DNA from: Octopus bimaculoides
Lineage: Eukaryota
Direction of reading: 5' to 3'
NCBI RefSeq assembly: GCF_001194135.2
Contig: NC_068983.1
Coordinates: 166,301,779 to 166,365,778 of the forward strand
DNA: 64,000 nucleotides
The position numbers were made by a program, and so were the translations under genes. Shown piece by piece: positions 37,552 to 51,550 of this stretch. Numbering within the stretch: the stretch's first letter is position 1; each line of letters begins with the position of its first letter. Under the pieces are notes generated by a model, which was not told the DNA's origin, did not search any database, and saw nothing but the letters and a program-made list of their open reading frames with translations.

Positions 37552-38559
37552 GTTTATTATTTTTGACCCTTATTCATTTTCCCCTTATTTTGCCTCATTT
37601 TCACCTTTCAGGCTTTTATTTTGATATCCCAGTTTTAGTTTATTCATTTTTTGTGTTATTTAGTTTATTCATATAATATTCTAAGTTGTGAGAAGTTGTG
37701 TATGCTAATTTTACTTTGTGTCTGTTAAAAATTTAATAGTACCAACTTGACCTAGGAAAACGTCTATTGAACACAGAGAAAAATTCACATCCAATTTAGA
37801 ATTGAATTTGTAATCCATATATCAGACTGCACCAGATTGTGTCATCATTGTCTGTTTTTCTATTTTGTTTATTGTATTTATTTGTTCTTGTTGCATATGC
37901 TATTCTTGTATCTACCCTACATTTGATATTTTCACTTCCCTCTTTGTTTCCGTGGATGTGTGTGTGTGTGTTATAATGTATTTTAAAACATATCTATAAA
38001 GTTATTAGTCAATACTGGGTTACAACCAGTGTTAACAATACAACTGTAACAATATAGCCACAGACAGAAAAGAGGAAACAGCTGTGTGTATGCTTTGATT
38101 CTCACTGGAATCTTAATTAGCAACCTTAACTTTCCTTAAATATCTACACATTTCTTATACATTCCCTAAGATTAATGAGGAAAATAAACTAAATAGACCT
38201 ATTAGCCTATTTTAGCCCTTTTTCTAGGCAGCTAGATGAGATATCATTAATTTACTGGTTTGTTTCATTTCATTGCAACTATGCACTATAGAACAGGTGT
38301 GTGTGTGTAGGTAGGTAGGTAGAGAGAGAGATGTACTTAAGAGCTAATTTTTCAGTTGGTTTTGCATGCTTATTATTATTATCCTGTATTGACACCAAAC
38401 TCAAGTGCACTAATGCAAGTGTGTCCATTCTGTTAACAAATGCCAAAATTGCTTTGGTCTTCATTCAACAGCCGATGAAAGAGTATGATGGTTTTGTTTC
38501 TATCTTGTTTTGTATATTTTACCTGTTGCCCATGCTAAATTTCCTTTAAGAGATAAGTA

Positions 38560-38750
38560 TTTAATACCACACTAGTGTTACAAAAAAAACACCCGGTACA
38601 GTGTCTGAAGTAGTTGACGTTAGGAAGGGTATCCAACTGAAGCAACCATGCCAAAGCAGACACTGGAGCAAAATGCAGTCCTGCAGCTTATTGGAGCCCA
38701 TCAAACTATTCAACCCATGCAAGCACGGAAGATAAATGTATGATGATAAT
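38560..38750 (+). mobile_element. Family E element
   Basis: gttgacgttaggaagggtatccaactg...aacccatgcaagcacggaa. Confidence 0.6.
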
Positions 38751-38955
38751 CTTGTGTGTGTGTGTGTGTTATCAGATGGTTATCCTATAAATCAGAGAAA
38801 GAGCAAACTTATGAAAAGTATATTTTTGTACACCATCCAGTAGCATATTACTATTGATCATCATACAACTGGTCAAAATGTTGCCATCAGTTTTGTGCCA
38901 ACTGTAGCACTTGGAAATATTGGTGACTCTTCAGACACACAGAGTTGAATAAATA

Positions 38956-39012
<57 letters not shown>

Positions 39013-39024
39013 TGCGCGCGTGTG

Positions 39025-39270
39025 CCATCATCATTATTTATGATCTGTATTCCATGTTGGGATGGGTTGGGTACAATGACAGGATCAGATTAGTCATATA
39101 GCTGCATTGGTCCTCAATGTCTCTTTTGGCAAGGTTTCTACAGCTGAATGCCCTTTCTAATGCCCAACACTTAACAGTGTACTGGGGGCTTTGTTCATAG
39201 CATCAGTAATAGTGAGCTCGCCAAGTGGGGGAACAGGAACTGATGCTGTAGAGGAGATACATGGCTACCC
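39025..39270 (-). mobile_element. Family E element
   Basis: catcatcatt...ggtttctacagctgaatgccctttctaatgcccaacac. Confidence 0.6.
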
Positions 39271-39616
39271 CATATATGTGTGTGTGTGTGTGTAATCAAT
39301 GCAAGGATATCTTGCCCTCATAAGGGACTACTACATCCAACTTTTCACTAGTCTAATCACCAACACCATGCAGGAAAGTCTTTTCCATTCGTATGGGATT
39401 ATTATACGTATAAATATGATTAAAGAAAAAGAATGGAGAGTTGGAAAGGATGTAAAATTAATTTATTAACATACTGCCAAAATAATATATATATATAGAG
39501 AGAGAGAGAGATAGAGGGGGGGTGCACTGATCAACATTTACAAAATAATTTAATGTATGCTATAGTAATGGCAGATTTAAAAAAGAATGAAAGGGACCAC
39601 ATTTAANNNNNNNNNN

Positions 39617-39660
<44 letters not shown>

Positions 39661-40659
39661 CATTATCTTTATTTGTAACTTATTGTATATAATAGCCTGA
39701 CATAGATGTCAATAATGATTAAAGAATGATGAGAGGAGAAACAATTGTTTAATCACTCCCACCTTATCTCTTATCTAAAAATAAGACAGATGAATGGTAG
39801 GAGAGGTGAAGAGTCCAGGGAGGAGACAGTGTAGAAAATGACACAGTTTGGAAAAATCAATACAACACGTGCTTCTCTTCTTACTTAAACAGAGAAACAT
39901 TTTCACATTTGATACACTTTATCTAGAAGCATCCAAGTGCTTTTTTTAAAGAAATGTATTAATTTAAAATCAATACTATCTTAATATAGATCCATTAGTA
40001 AGGTGATAGTATGTAGCTTGGAGCAAATAGCATTCTTCCTCATGGAACATCACTTACCCAGGACTTTTAACTTATAAGTTCCATTAGCAAGTTAATTTCA
40101 ATGCATAGGTTAAACAAGTTTGTCAGTTAAGAGGAAAACATGGTTTTATCAACTAACTTTTAATAACTAACCAGTACTGCAAAAATAGGAAAACTAATCA
40201 ATAGCTTTGTTAGTTCCAGTGGACAGTCTATTTTATCTAATCATTGAAAGGATCATGGGTGTTCAACCCCATCTAAAATACCATAAAACAACTAACAAAA
40301 GGCTCTGGTTCTTATTTCTATTATAAGAAACAATCCCTAATACTTATCACAAAAACTTGTCTGCTTTACAACCATAAAACATGACTAGAAATTACTAATT
40401 ACACACACAGAAATAGGTGTTCCATTCTTATCTGTGTTTCATATGACATTAGTCTTGTATTTTTACATTCATATGCTGATAATATTCAGTTATTCGGCTA
40501 AATTTAAAATTCTTACTTTGTCACTTACATTTTGGTTACAATAGTTTCGGATTTCTAGAATTGTCATATTATATGCCATCACTAGATACATGAATATGGA
40601 AACCCAATCGTAATTTTTTTTTTACCAAAATTCAATTTTGTATGTACAACAATATTCTC

Positions 40660-40830
40660 TGAAGCCACCTCTTATGGCATACTGCCTTCATCTTTCCTGT
40701 CTCCTTTTTCTTCCATGTAAAAGAATGCAAAAAATATTTCATAGGCCTCCAACATATTTACGTGCAGAAGAATGATACAGAAATCAAAATGGCTTCTCAC
40801 AAATCCACAACTGACTTCTTGGCCACAATT
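40660..40830 (+). mobile_element. Possible decayed mariner C-terminal fragment
   Basis: YFIGLQHIY..NDTEIKMASHKSTTDFLATI loosely resembles mariner HLFRSLQ..L...E.K.A....S.STDFYA.GI. Confidence 0.25.
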
Positions 40831-41679
40831 GACTCCCAGCTATAATTTACTTTACCCTTACAACTGACTACATACTTCTTTTGAAAAGAGAGTAACATCA
40901 ATTAAATCCATCTTAGTCCCTAGCTGGTATTTATTTATTGACCCCTAAAGAATGATAAATAAAACTGATCTCAGAAAATATTGCAATTCAGAGCACAGGA
41001 CACCATACCTTTTTCTATAGCCAAAGTAATAAAAGTTCTCATGTGTAACCAATAAAACCAAATATTAAATTTTAAATGATTATGTAAAAGAGCAACGGTT
41101 TTATCTTGAAGAATCTGGTAAAAGTTAAATTCTAAAGTAGCCAATAATTCAATTTACTAAATTTGTCAAATGATCCAATGTAATTCCATATTGATATCAA
41201 ACTACCTAAGTCAAACCTGTGTACCCAACTAAGATTTTAAATATTTTCTGCACACAGTACTGCAGTACTGGCTAAACACTAAAATATTTCTTCTTGTACT
41301 TTGAATAATTCAATTACAAGCAAAATGAATAATAAAAATAAAAAAAAACTTGTTTTATTTTTCTCACACAAAATTAGGTTCCAGTAATACTTTTTCCCAA
41401 TGCAACACTACTAAAAAGTCAAAGCACTTTTAAATAGGTGAGATTCCAAAAATTCAACAACAGTAATATCTTTTATATTAAGAGTTCAAGGCTGATATTC
41501 ATGGCCATTTAAATAGGCGTAACAGTAACATTACATAAAAACAGAATGGCTTTAAAAAAAACCCTCCATTTTATAAGGAAATTACTAAAAACTAGTTATT
41601 AACAAGCACTGGAGCTTGTAGTTGCAACTAAGACATTCAAATGAAAAGCAGCTTTATTTTTGCCTTATATAGCTAAATC

Positions 41680-42356
41680 ATAATAATGGTGTCAAATTGT
41701 AGCACAAGGCCGGCATGTTATTAGGAATGGTGGGGGGGGGGGAGCCAATTACATCAATCCAGTATTTGAATGGTTTTCATTTTATTGTTCTCAGAAAGAC
41801 GAAAGGCAAAGTTGACTCAGAAGTATTTGAAATCAGAAGATAAAGAGCCAGAAGCAATGCTGCTGCTGCTAAGTGTTTTGTCCAATATGCTAACAATTCT
41901 GCCAGCTTACCCACTAATAACAATATTTCTACTACTGAAATTTGGGGGGAGCAGGGTTACTCTATTACATCCACCCCCAATGTTAAACTGGTCCTTATCT
42001 TATCAACCTTAAAAGGACGAAAGGCAAAATTGACCTCAGTGAAATTTGAACTCAGAAAACAAAGCTGGACAAAATGCTAGCAAGCATTTTGTTTGGCATG
42101 TTAATGGTTCTGCCAGCTCACCATTTCAGTAATAATAATAATAATCCTTTCTGCTATGTGCACAAGGCCTGAGTGGGGAGGGACGGTTGATTACATTAAT
42201 CCCAGTGCTTGACTGGCACCTTTTTTTTCATTGACCCTCAAAAGGATAAAAGGCAAAGTCAACCTTGGCAGAATTTGAGCTGAGAAGATGAAGAGCCAGA
42301 AGAAATACTGATAAGTATTTTGCCTTCAATGCTAATAATTCTGCCAGTTTGCTGCC

Positions 42357-42408
<52 letters not shown>

Positions 42409-42620
42409 TTTCAAATTTTGGAGGACGGGTAACTCAATTATCTCAACCCAGTAATTAGCTGGTGCTTGTTTCATTGACCCTGAAAGGATGAAAGGCAAAG
42501 TCAACCTTAGTGGAATTTGAACTCAGAACATAAAGACAGACAAAATGCTGCTAAGCATTTTGCCTGACATGCAAACAATTCTACCAGCTATCCACCTCAT
42601 TAATAATAATGATAATAATA
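41680..42620 (-). mobile_element. Array of four head-to-tail SINE B copies separated by (TAA)n
   Basis: Copies at about 41680-41915, 41916-42130, 42131-42358, 42405-42600, each with gaaaggcaaa(g/a)t(t/c)(g/a)ac...tttgaac/aatcaga...aattct(g/a)ccag. Confidence 0.85.
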
Positions 42621-42899
42621 AGAATTAACAAACATTATTTCTGAAAGAGAGTAATCTCACAATACAGTGGACTATCTTTTCCAGGTAACCTTAGAAAATA
42701 TAATTCTTATATTATTCCTATATCATTGTCCTCATTATTTATTAATGAGGGTAGAAATTGATATTAATCAATTAAAACCAGTGGTCTAGCATATTAAAAA
42801 ATCCGAAGATTAAAATTATATTACATACAAAAATAAGAGGAATGACCAGCAAAAGTGGACTCCTATATGCTAGAAATAGATGCCGAATCATCTAACCAC

Positions 42900-43090
42900 G
42901 AATGTCCACTTGCATGGATCAGACAGAATCCATTGAAGACGGTTTCCTGCAGAGGATGCTCTTTCTGTCACCAACGCTCACCTCTGTTTGCAAGCAAAGG
43001 TATTATTTCCCTACAGCTACACATTTATGTGGAAGACTGGAAACAAAGAACACCATTTGTATGAGGTAACACTTGTTTATGACTATTGTG
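42900..43090 (-). mobile_element. SINE A2 tail
   Basis: cacttgcatggatcagac...tcacctctgtttgcaagcaaaggtattatttccc. Confidence 0.6.
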
Positions 43091-43139
43091 TGATGTTAAC
43101 ACAAAACACATCTTCTATTGTGCCCCTCCCCCTCAGTTG

Positions 43140-43370
43140 AAAGGGATCTTAGTCTTACAAGCTATGTGGCAACCTCATTAGTGCTGGTGCCATGAAAAAA
43201 AGCACCCTGTACTCTCTGTAAAGTAGATGGAGTTAGAAAAGACATCCAGCAATAGAAGCCATGGCAAAATAGACACTGGAGCACAATGCAGTCCTCTGAC
43301 CTGTATGATCCTGTCAAACCATCCAGCACAAGTTGGCATGAAAGTTGCACATAAAAAGACGATTATTTAA
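43140..43370 (+). mobile_element. Family E element
   Basis: ggcaacctcattagtgctggtgccatg...actctctgtaaagtag...caaaccatccagc. Confidence 0.65.
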
Positions 43371-44544
43371 AGCTAATAAGTATTAATTTCTTGCACTGGT
43401 ACAATAGCTTATAACATATAAGTTTCACAGGAGAAAAGAATAAGATTGTGAAACATTCATGCCTCTCTCCAGTGTGTTAGCAACCTGACTAAAAGGAAAT
43501 GCTTATGGTCAGTAACTGTGGACTTGGCTCATATTACAATATTACTTTTGGAAACATTTGAAAATATTTCTGTAGGAAAACTTCTTTAAACATACACATT
43601 ACAACAAAATGCATACATAATCATTTATCATAGATGACTACCATTCCCTACCCAACAATAAATTGTCTTCCTTCCTATACTGTTATCCTTGCCCTCCAAA
43701 GTTCTTCAGTTTTTATAGAGAATTTAAGAGAAAACAAAACTCATTAGAATATATATACTAAAAACAAATATTTCTGTATGTTTCTGTGTACAATTTATTC
43801 TTTTAATTGATGCATGCTTTATTCCTTCTCGTAATATATTCAAATGCTTGAGTTTTTAAAAAAAGGGGGGGGGCAGCAAATACTCAAAATTTTGACAAAA
43901 TATTTCTCAGAAAATGTTTATTTATGAGCTGCAATGTTTGGGAAAGTGTGGTAATTCTGTTTTAATTTTTCTATTTTAACAGAATCTCCATAATAGGTTG
44001 ACTATTTATCTTGAAAGACCTACATATGAAATATACATCAAAGTGTAATGAAACCAGCTCCACAGAATATCTCTACACAAAACAAAAATCAACTTTTTGT
44101 TTTACCAGATTATTTAGATATGGAAATAAACTTCCTTGGAATTCTTTTTAAACAGAATATGGTTTCATATTAAAGAACAATTTGCAATTCTCTCTAAAGA
44201 TTAATAACAGTAAAATATTAACAGAGCAGTGACAGCTCTAATATTGCTTCAAACTTGTTCCCCTTTTAACACAATAAACTCTCTTCTCTGCTAAAATGTC
44301 ATTGACAACATATTTACATATCATGGGGTTATAGCTTTACATAAAATAGGTTTCATTCTGCTTCTTTTTATATGTAATTAGTGGCAACTATAAAAATACA
44401 TTTGTAAATGCAGGGCATAAAAGAGACAGGATGTATATGTTTTTGTGATGAAATTTGGAGAGAAAGAGAGAGAATGGGGAGGGAGGGAGGGAGTGTGTAT
44501 GTGCGGGCATATATCGCTATTGCTTTTATAAAATTAAACGGTAC

Positions 44545-44653
44545 AAGCACAGCTATGTGGTAAAGAAGATTCCCAGCCACATGATTTTGAGTTTAACACC
44601 ACTGTGTGGCAACTTAAGTATCTTCTCCTATAGACCTTGGCCAGCGAAAGCCT

Positions 44654-44710
<57 letters not shown>

Positions 44711-44935
44711 CCATGCATGTGTGCACATGCATGTGTGTATGTACTCAGATTTTGGCATCACATGATGGTTGTAAGTGTTATCATCATACAAGTGGTGATG
44801 TTCACTTCCAAAATTCTGCAAAAACATGTCTGGTCAATGAAGGCTGGAACAGGAAGGCATCTGGCTATGGAAAATTTGCCTCAGCAAATTTCATCTAGGA
44901 AAAGGGGGACGTTAAAACTACAATGATGATGGTGG
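44545..44935 (+). mobile_element. SINE A2
   Basis: gctatgtggtaaagaag head, (TG)n, caggaaggcatctggctatggaaaatttgcctcagc...gacgttaaaa tail. Confidence 0.7.
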
Positions 44936-45207
44936 TTATTTAGATCAGCATGTGCGTTTGACATTTCTGTGTTGTACATTGATACATCTCTACATACAAC
45001 CAAACTATAGCTTTTGTAGTGGAAAAAGTAAACGTTTGTATGACAGTGTGTGAACAGTGTCAAATTATATACGTAAAGCAGCAAGAAGTGAATGCTGAGG
45101 ATATATAATAGTTTACCCGCAAGCATGTCAGAAAATATGTGTGGGAAAATTGGATGCAGCATGGTGCCTCAACCCAGAAATGCTGATGGACTCAGCTGAC
45201 CATTCCA

Positions 45208-45535
45208 TCTTTTATTTGCTTTAGTCATTAGACTGTGGCCATGCTGGGGCATCAACCTTGAATTTTTGGTCAACTGGATCAATCCCAATACTTTTTTCTT
45301 TAAAACCTGGTACTTATTTTATTGGTCTCTTCTGCCAAACCACTAAGTTATGGTAACATAAATACATTAACACTAGTTGTCAAGCAGTGGTAAGGATTCT
45401 TTCAAATCCACTCATAAGCCTATGGTAGACCCAAGGCTATAGAAGACACTTGCTCAAGGTATCATGCAATGGGACTGAATACCTAACCATATGGTTACGA
45501 AGCAAACTTCTTACTACACAGCCATTCCATGCCCT
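45208..45535 (-). mobile_element. SINE A1 lacking the central TG tract
   Basis: gactgtggccatgctggggca...ctaagtta...gttgtcaagcagtgg joined to aaatccactcataagcc...cttactacacagcc. Confidence 0.75.
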
Positions 45536-45699
45536 TCTCTCCCACCCCCACAGTTTTTCCACCACCACCACCACCACACCTTCTCATCATCATCATCATC
45601 ATCCTCAATCCATATTCTCTCTTAAACTCACCTTCTTGTAAAAGACACCTCATTACCAACATTCCTATCTTCTTTCCAGCTACTCCCACCCACTCTTAT

Positions 45700-46010
45700 G
45701 CAAAGCAGCTATGTATCTTGTTGTGCCTGTCCCCTCTATCATACTGTAACCTCTCAATACCTGGCATAATACGATCTCTCACTAGGAGATGGCAGCTTCT
45801 TTTTCTTTCTCTTATGTGTTTACTTGATGATTTCACTGGTGCCAATGTCATAGAAAAAGCACTCAGTACACTTGTAAAAGTGGTTGGTGTTAGGAAGGGA
45901 ATCAAGCCATAGAAACTAAACCAAAAGAGCTCAACACAGTCTTCTGGCTTGCTGGATCCCGTCAAACCATCCAACCCAAGCCAACATGGAAAATGAATGT
46001 TAAATGATAC
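45700..46010 (+). mobile_element. Family E element
   Basis: cactggtgccaatg...gtggttggtgttaggaaggg...aaaccatccaacccaagccaacatggaaaa. Confidence 0.65.
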
Positions 46011-46169
46011 AGTGTTTTGAAGCCTGTAGACATCTATAAAGAGTTAGAGTAGCTCAAATAGCTTTATGAATGCCAACAACTTCACAATATACTGGGGTTT
46101 AGTTCGATTTTTAAGTCAAAAAAACTGAAAATAGATTAATGGGTCATTTCCAAAACTTCAAAATGTGTG

Positions 46170-46212
<43 letters not shown>

Positions 46213-46329
46213 ATATATACATACACACATACATTAAACATAGATACATAAATGTATATATGTGTGGGGGGGGGGCATGCGTGTGTGTGTATGTGTGTGT
46301 GTGTGTGTGCATGTATGCATGTGTTGTGT

Positions 46330-46740
46330 GTACACGTCTACATTCATGTCTCCTTTTGTCTTGACACTTTGTTGTAAATGTATGTCATTGTCATACAAGC
46401 AGTGTCATTCCTTTCCAATATTTTGTAGAAGCATGTTTGACCATAGGGAAATATTAACTTGCTTTGAAACAGGTTAAGGTTGGTGACAGGAAAGGCATCC
46501 TGCTGAAGAAAACTTCATCCAAGCCATACAAGCATCATTATAATCATCATCATCATCATCTATATGAAGACATATAGACACAAACACACACATGATGGGT
46601 TTCTTTCACTTTCTCTCTACCAAATCCATTCCCAATGTCTTAGTCAACCCAAAGTCATCTGATCAAAATGCTATACTGTGACACTGAACCAAAAACTACA
46701 AGTTCAGGAAGGGAATTTCTTAACCATACAGCCATGCCTG
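46330..46740. mobile_element. SINE A2 tail (+, 46330-46540) abutting a SINE A head (-, 46590-46740)
   Basis: ggttggtgacaggaaaggcatcc; gggtttctttcacttt...ttcttaaccatacagccatgcc. Confidence 0.55.
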
Positions 46741-47040
46741 GACTGGTCTGAATAATATTATATACTTTCAATCTATAGTTACTTCCTTTATTGATGCAGT
46801 AGTCATCAAATTTTTTTATTTAACATCATTTTTAATATTTTTCTACATTCATATCATACCACATACATATTCATTTTAATACTTAGTCTTCAAATAACAT
46901 GTTTTCAAATAAACTCACACCCATGTAATTAGTTTGTTTTCAACATAATTTGTTTTTCTTGAATAATTATTTTGTTTTTCTACCCCACAACACCTTACTT
47001 CATAAATAATCTCCCACTGAATATATTTCATGTTGCTTAC

Positions 47041-47112
47041 CTGACTTTAGATGTTCCAATGTTCTGAATGGAACCACAGTAGTCTTGACTTTTGTCAACA
47101 TGTTGCAGTAAA
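47041..47112 (-). CDS. ARHGAP39: Candidate upstream exon of ARHGAP39 (72 nt, phase 2/2)
   Basis: Acceptor tttcatttttttcatttcatctag|, donor AG|GTAAGC. Open frame LLQHVDKSQDYCGSIQNIGTSKV; terminal AG plus the first G of the WW exon gives Arg in frame. No transcript evidence. Confidence 0.4.
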
Positions 47113-48929
47113 CTAGATGAAATGAAAAAATGAAATGAAATGAAAAGAACAAACATAGTTACTAAAATAGAAAATAGATTAATCACAATTTCTTCAAAAA
47201 CAGTTTTCTTTGAAATACATATTAAAAACAAAAAACTGTAACATTCAAAGAAAGCAAGAAAAAAAGAAACTCTTATTATATTAAAGTTAATTTTTTTAAA
47301 GAATTGTTCCTGAAAACTGATTCTCAGATATCCTATATTTCTGACCCCACCACCCCACCCTAAAGATCAATTAGCCCATTGTTCTAGAATGTTGTGTATG
47401 GTATTACAAATTCAATCATTATAAAATTAAAATGTTCTCATGTACAAAGAGAACACTAGACTTATTAGATTCATTAGTTCCTTCAATTTACTCAAGCTGC
47501 AATTAATTAAAAAGAAATCAAATGATAATAATAATAATAATAATAATAATGTAAAAATATAGTAAATATGTAAATGATTACTTAAATTTATCCTTATGGG
47601 TTGAAGTACTTTCTTATTTAAAAGGTTGTAACGTGGAAAAGAAAGGAGTTTTAAATATTGTTAATAGTGGGAAAGTCAAAGTTTGATTATTCCCAAATAA
47701 GAACTAATACTTGCTAGCATTGTGTCTTATTTTAAACTGGCTGACTGGTCGGTTGGTTGGTAGTGAAATATTTATTGAAAACTAATCTCTCTAAATTACA
47801 AAAGAGGAATATGGTACCATAAAAGAATTTCTTTCTTTTTTTTCTAAAAATACTTTTTTTTTTTTTTTTTGGTAGTGGGGTTAAGAACTTTTATATTTTT
47901 GTCTAACTTCATAACATTTTAATTTTCATTCAAAAATTTGCTTGATGTTAACAAAGGTTGAGCAACTATCAGATGTCATCAGTAAAGATATCTGTTAATG
48001 ATGGAACTGTGAAAGAAATCTCATTCGATAAAAAAAATGATTTCTAACTTCTTAAATTTTATACATGAAAATCTATAAAAAAAGAATCTTTTTCTAAGCC
48101 AATGACATTTACACAAGATTTATGTAGTACACACATTCTAGGTTACGGATAATGCTGTCTAATTGATAGCAATAAATGTCTTCCTTTGTTAAAACATTTA
48201 ATCTATTTTAGCAGTTAATAACTTTACACTGTATGACCTTTCTTAAAAATCAACATCTTTCCAATAAGATGGATGGAAAATATACTGCCTGCACTCCCTA
48301 AAGTTTCCCTAAATACCCACACACACTCACTCCTTTAAATCGCACAAACACTAGTTAAGAGGGCTGGTTCAAATAAAATCTCCAGCATAGCATCCATGTT
48401 ACTAGTTTAGGTTCCAATATGTCAGCTGTGCTAACAACATCTTCATAACATGAAAGCAGATGAAAACCTAACCAAGATGACAATTATTTTTAAAAGAACA
48501 ATTTCTTAAAACAACTTTCCTTTGTCCTGCTTTTTCTGTCTTTTCCATATGTGTATGTGTGTGTGTGTGGGNNNNNNNNNNNNNNNNNNNNGGGGGGGGC
48601 TCTGTATGTGTGTGTACATGTATTTGTAAGCTAAAACTAGAAGGTATTCTGAGAGATTTTTCTATATTAATTGCTCTTTGTGATTAAATTGAAGATGGTT
48701 CCTCCCATTAACAGTCATCCTAGTCTGACCTAAAATAATGTTCATCTCTTATCATTGACATAAAAGTTGTGTTTAATCAACACCAGATTGTTGAAGAGCA
48801 GAGGAATAAGATAGGTTTCTAATGATATGTTGAGGGATTTTGATAAGACATATTAGATAAAATTTCTTTTACAAAGCTCATCCAAATTCTTCATCTTTTG
48901 TGTGTGTGTTTGTGTGGAGTTCAGTCTGC

Positions 48930-49300
48930 TTCCTAACCACATGGTTTCAGGTTCAGCCCAACAGCATGGCACATAGGGCAGGTCTTTTAACTCTGGGCTG
49001 ACCCAAGCCATGTAAGTGGATTTGGCAAATGGAAAGCGTGTGTGTGTGTGTGTGTGCTTGCAAGAATGATTTCTTTCCTTATGTGTTTCACTTTCTTGTT
49101 TCTAAACAAAAGTATTGTTTGTATCACATAAGCTTGTCCAAGCTATTTATTATTTGATAGACAGGGAGATTATTTCCAACTTCCAAATAGGGGAAAGTTA
49201 GTGACAGGAAGGGTATTTAGCTGTAAAAAACTTTGACCAAACATACTCTTGCCTAACTCATGCAGGCATAGAAAAGTAGGTGTTAAAATGATGACGATGG
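48930..49300 (+). mobile_element. SINE A2 head (48930-49050) and tail (49190-49300), interrupted
   Basis: aaccacatggtttcaggttcagccc...gtgagtggatttggc; gtgacaggaagggtatttagctgtaaaa...gttaaaatgatgacgatg. Confidence 0.6.
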
Positions 49301-49389
49301 TCATTTGTTTTTGTATTTCATGTTGTTTACTGTTGGTGACATCCTGTACCCATATATGCACGCACGCACGCACACACACNNNNNNNNNN

Positions 49390-49460
<71 letters not shown>

Positions 49461-50509
49461 AGTGGGGATAACTTTTAGCTAGTATGTTTCAAGACTTTTT
49501 ACAGCATTAGATTTTCAGAGATGCCTATGACCTAGTAGTTGTTGGTATGAAACATAATCTACATGTAATTATAGTTTCATTGTCTGAAGCAAGAGGGAAT
49601 GAAATGCTCAGCATAGCAAAATAGTTCAAAAGATCAAATTAATTTACAGAGATGAGGTGAATGTATACATTAATTTCAGCAGCACTGCACTTATGAAAAG
49701 AAAAGAATGAGAGTTTCATACTCAGAAAATGTTCAAGAATTGTGGAAAGAGTAAAGTTGTTCTCAAAGCAAAGACAAAATATTAAATAAGCAATGAAATA
49801 GTGAATACTAAAACTGCCATAAAGCCCTTGAGTGCAAAAACAGACCTGCCCCAATGCTTCCAAATGGCCATGGGTGGAATTAGTCACTCAAATATTTTCT
49901 CAGGAAATAGATTTATCTCAAAGACCACCAACTGCTCTAAGGGGAAGGATAATATGCTTGAGAGATTACTAAAACTAATCATGAAAGATAAAACACATAG
50001 TAGAGAACATTAAAATGACTGTTAGACTCATTAGGATAGAAATATGAACTTTGTAATTTTTTTATAGTATCTCTCTAATGTGATATCATTGTTGATGTAG
50101 GTATTTAGTGAAAGTAAAATGAAAAAATCTTTTTTTTTTTTTTATGGAGGGAGGGTGCTAAACTTTGACAATATTTTATGTTTTGCTTATACTGGTGGAT
50201 AATTAAAAAGTAAGATTTGGTTGAGTGACTAAGAATATTTGCTAAACCCTACTATGAAAGTGCTAAGGAATTATTAATTTTGGAAGGCAAACATAAAAGG
50301 GTCCATCCCAGTTCTGATTCCTTCTGAAAACAATGGAAGTTGCTTTATACAGAATAGTTTGATTTTGCCATAAGAAATTCAAAAAAAAGTTTTGAAGCAA
50401 AGAAGTAAACTTGAGTCAAAACCTACATTCAGTAATTTCTATTCCACAGCCCAACAATGAGTGAATGATTAAAAATGTTTGAAAAAGCAGAAGAGAAAGG
50501 CTATCGTTT

Positions 50510-50700
50510 TATGTCCACTCTCCATGCTGGCATACATTGGATGGATCACAACAAGCAGAGACAGCATGTACTTGAAGAGACTGCTTAGATGGATCAGAAG
50601 ACCTCATCTTGAGTTTCATTTTTGATTTGGTTTCTAAGGTTGGATGCCCTTTCTAACACCAACCACTTTACAGAGCTTATGGGGAAAGTGCACTAGCTGT
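50510..50700 (-). mobile_element. Family E element
   Basis: tccatgctggcatacattggatgg...ggatgccctttctaacaccaaccactttacagag. Confidence 0.6.
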
Positions 50701-50849
50701 CATGTGCTTGACAAGACTAAAGAAGCTGTACAACATTATTATAGTGTTACTTCAAAAATAAGATAAACCTGATCTAAGAAATATGGATGAAACAGGTTCA
50801 CTTGAAAGTGACTAGTTTTAATCTCATTATACAACACACACACACCATC

Positions 50850-51305
50850 ATCATTGTTTTTTAATGTCCACTTTTCCATGTCCACATAGGTCAGATGAAA
50901 TTTGTTGAGGTAGATTTTCTACAGCAGGATGCCCTTCCTATCACCAACCCTCACCTGTTTTCAAGTAAAGTAATATTTTCCCCTGGCTGGACATGTTTTT
51001 ACAGAAGATTGAAAATGAAGAACATTGCTTATATGATAAGGATACTTGTTTACAACCACCATGTGATGTCAAAGTAAGAAAACACTAAAACATACACATA
51101 TTTGTGTGTGTGTGTGTGTGTGTGTGCGTGCGTGTGTGTGTAACAGGCTTCTTTCAGTTTCTATTATTAAACCCACTCACAATGCTTTGGTGGCCTTGGG
51201 AAAAGGGCTATAGTAGAAGACACTTACCCAAGATGCCATGGAGTGGGAATGAACTCAAAACCATGTGGTTGGGAAGCAAACTTTTGAACTCTAGAGCCAT
51301 GCCTG
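50850..51305 (-). mobile_element. SINE A2, full length
   Basis: Tail aatgtccacttttccatg...ggatgcccttcctatcaccaaccctcacctg, TG tract, head gctatagtagaagacacttacccaagatgcc. Confidence 0.8.
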
Positions 51306-51550
51306 CATCTTTATTTTATCTTCATAGATTCATTTAAAAAGTCAGAATCTAAAATCTAATAAGACACTGAATGAATTTTCCAATAGCCTATCATTTTGCT
51401 GTTTTGCCAACAAGAACACCTGTATTGGGTTAAGACCTTCTAAAGGTGTCACTGCAGACATTTCACTTGACATTTTTGTAGCGTTTATTCTTAGCTGTGC
51501 TCATGTGTTGCTATGTTCCATTATGTTCTCAGCTATGTCTTATATCTATG

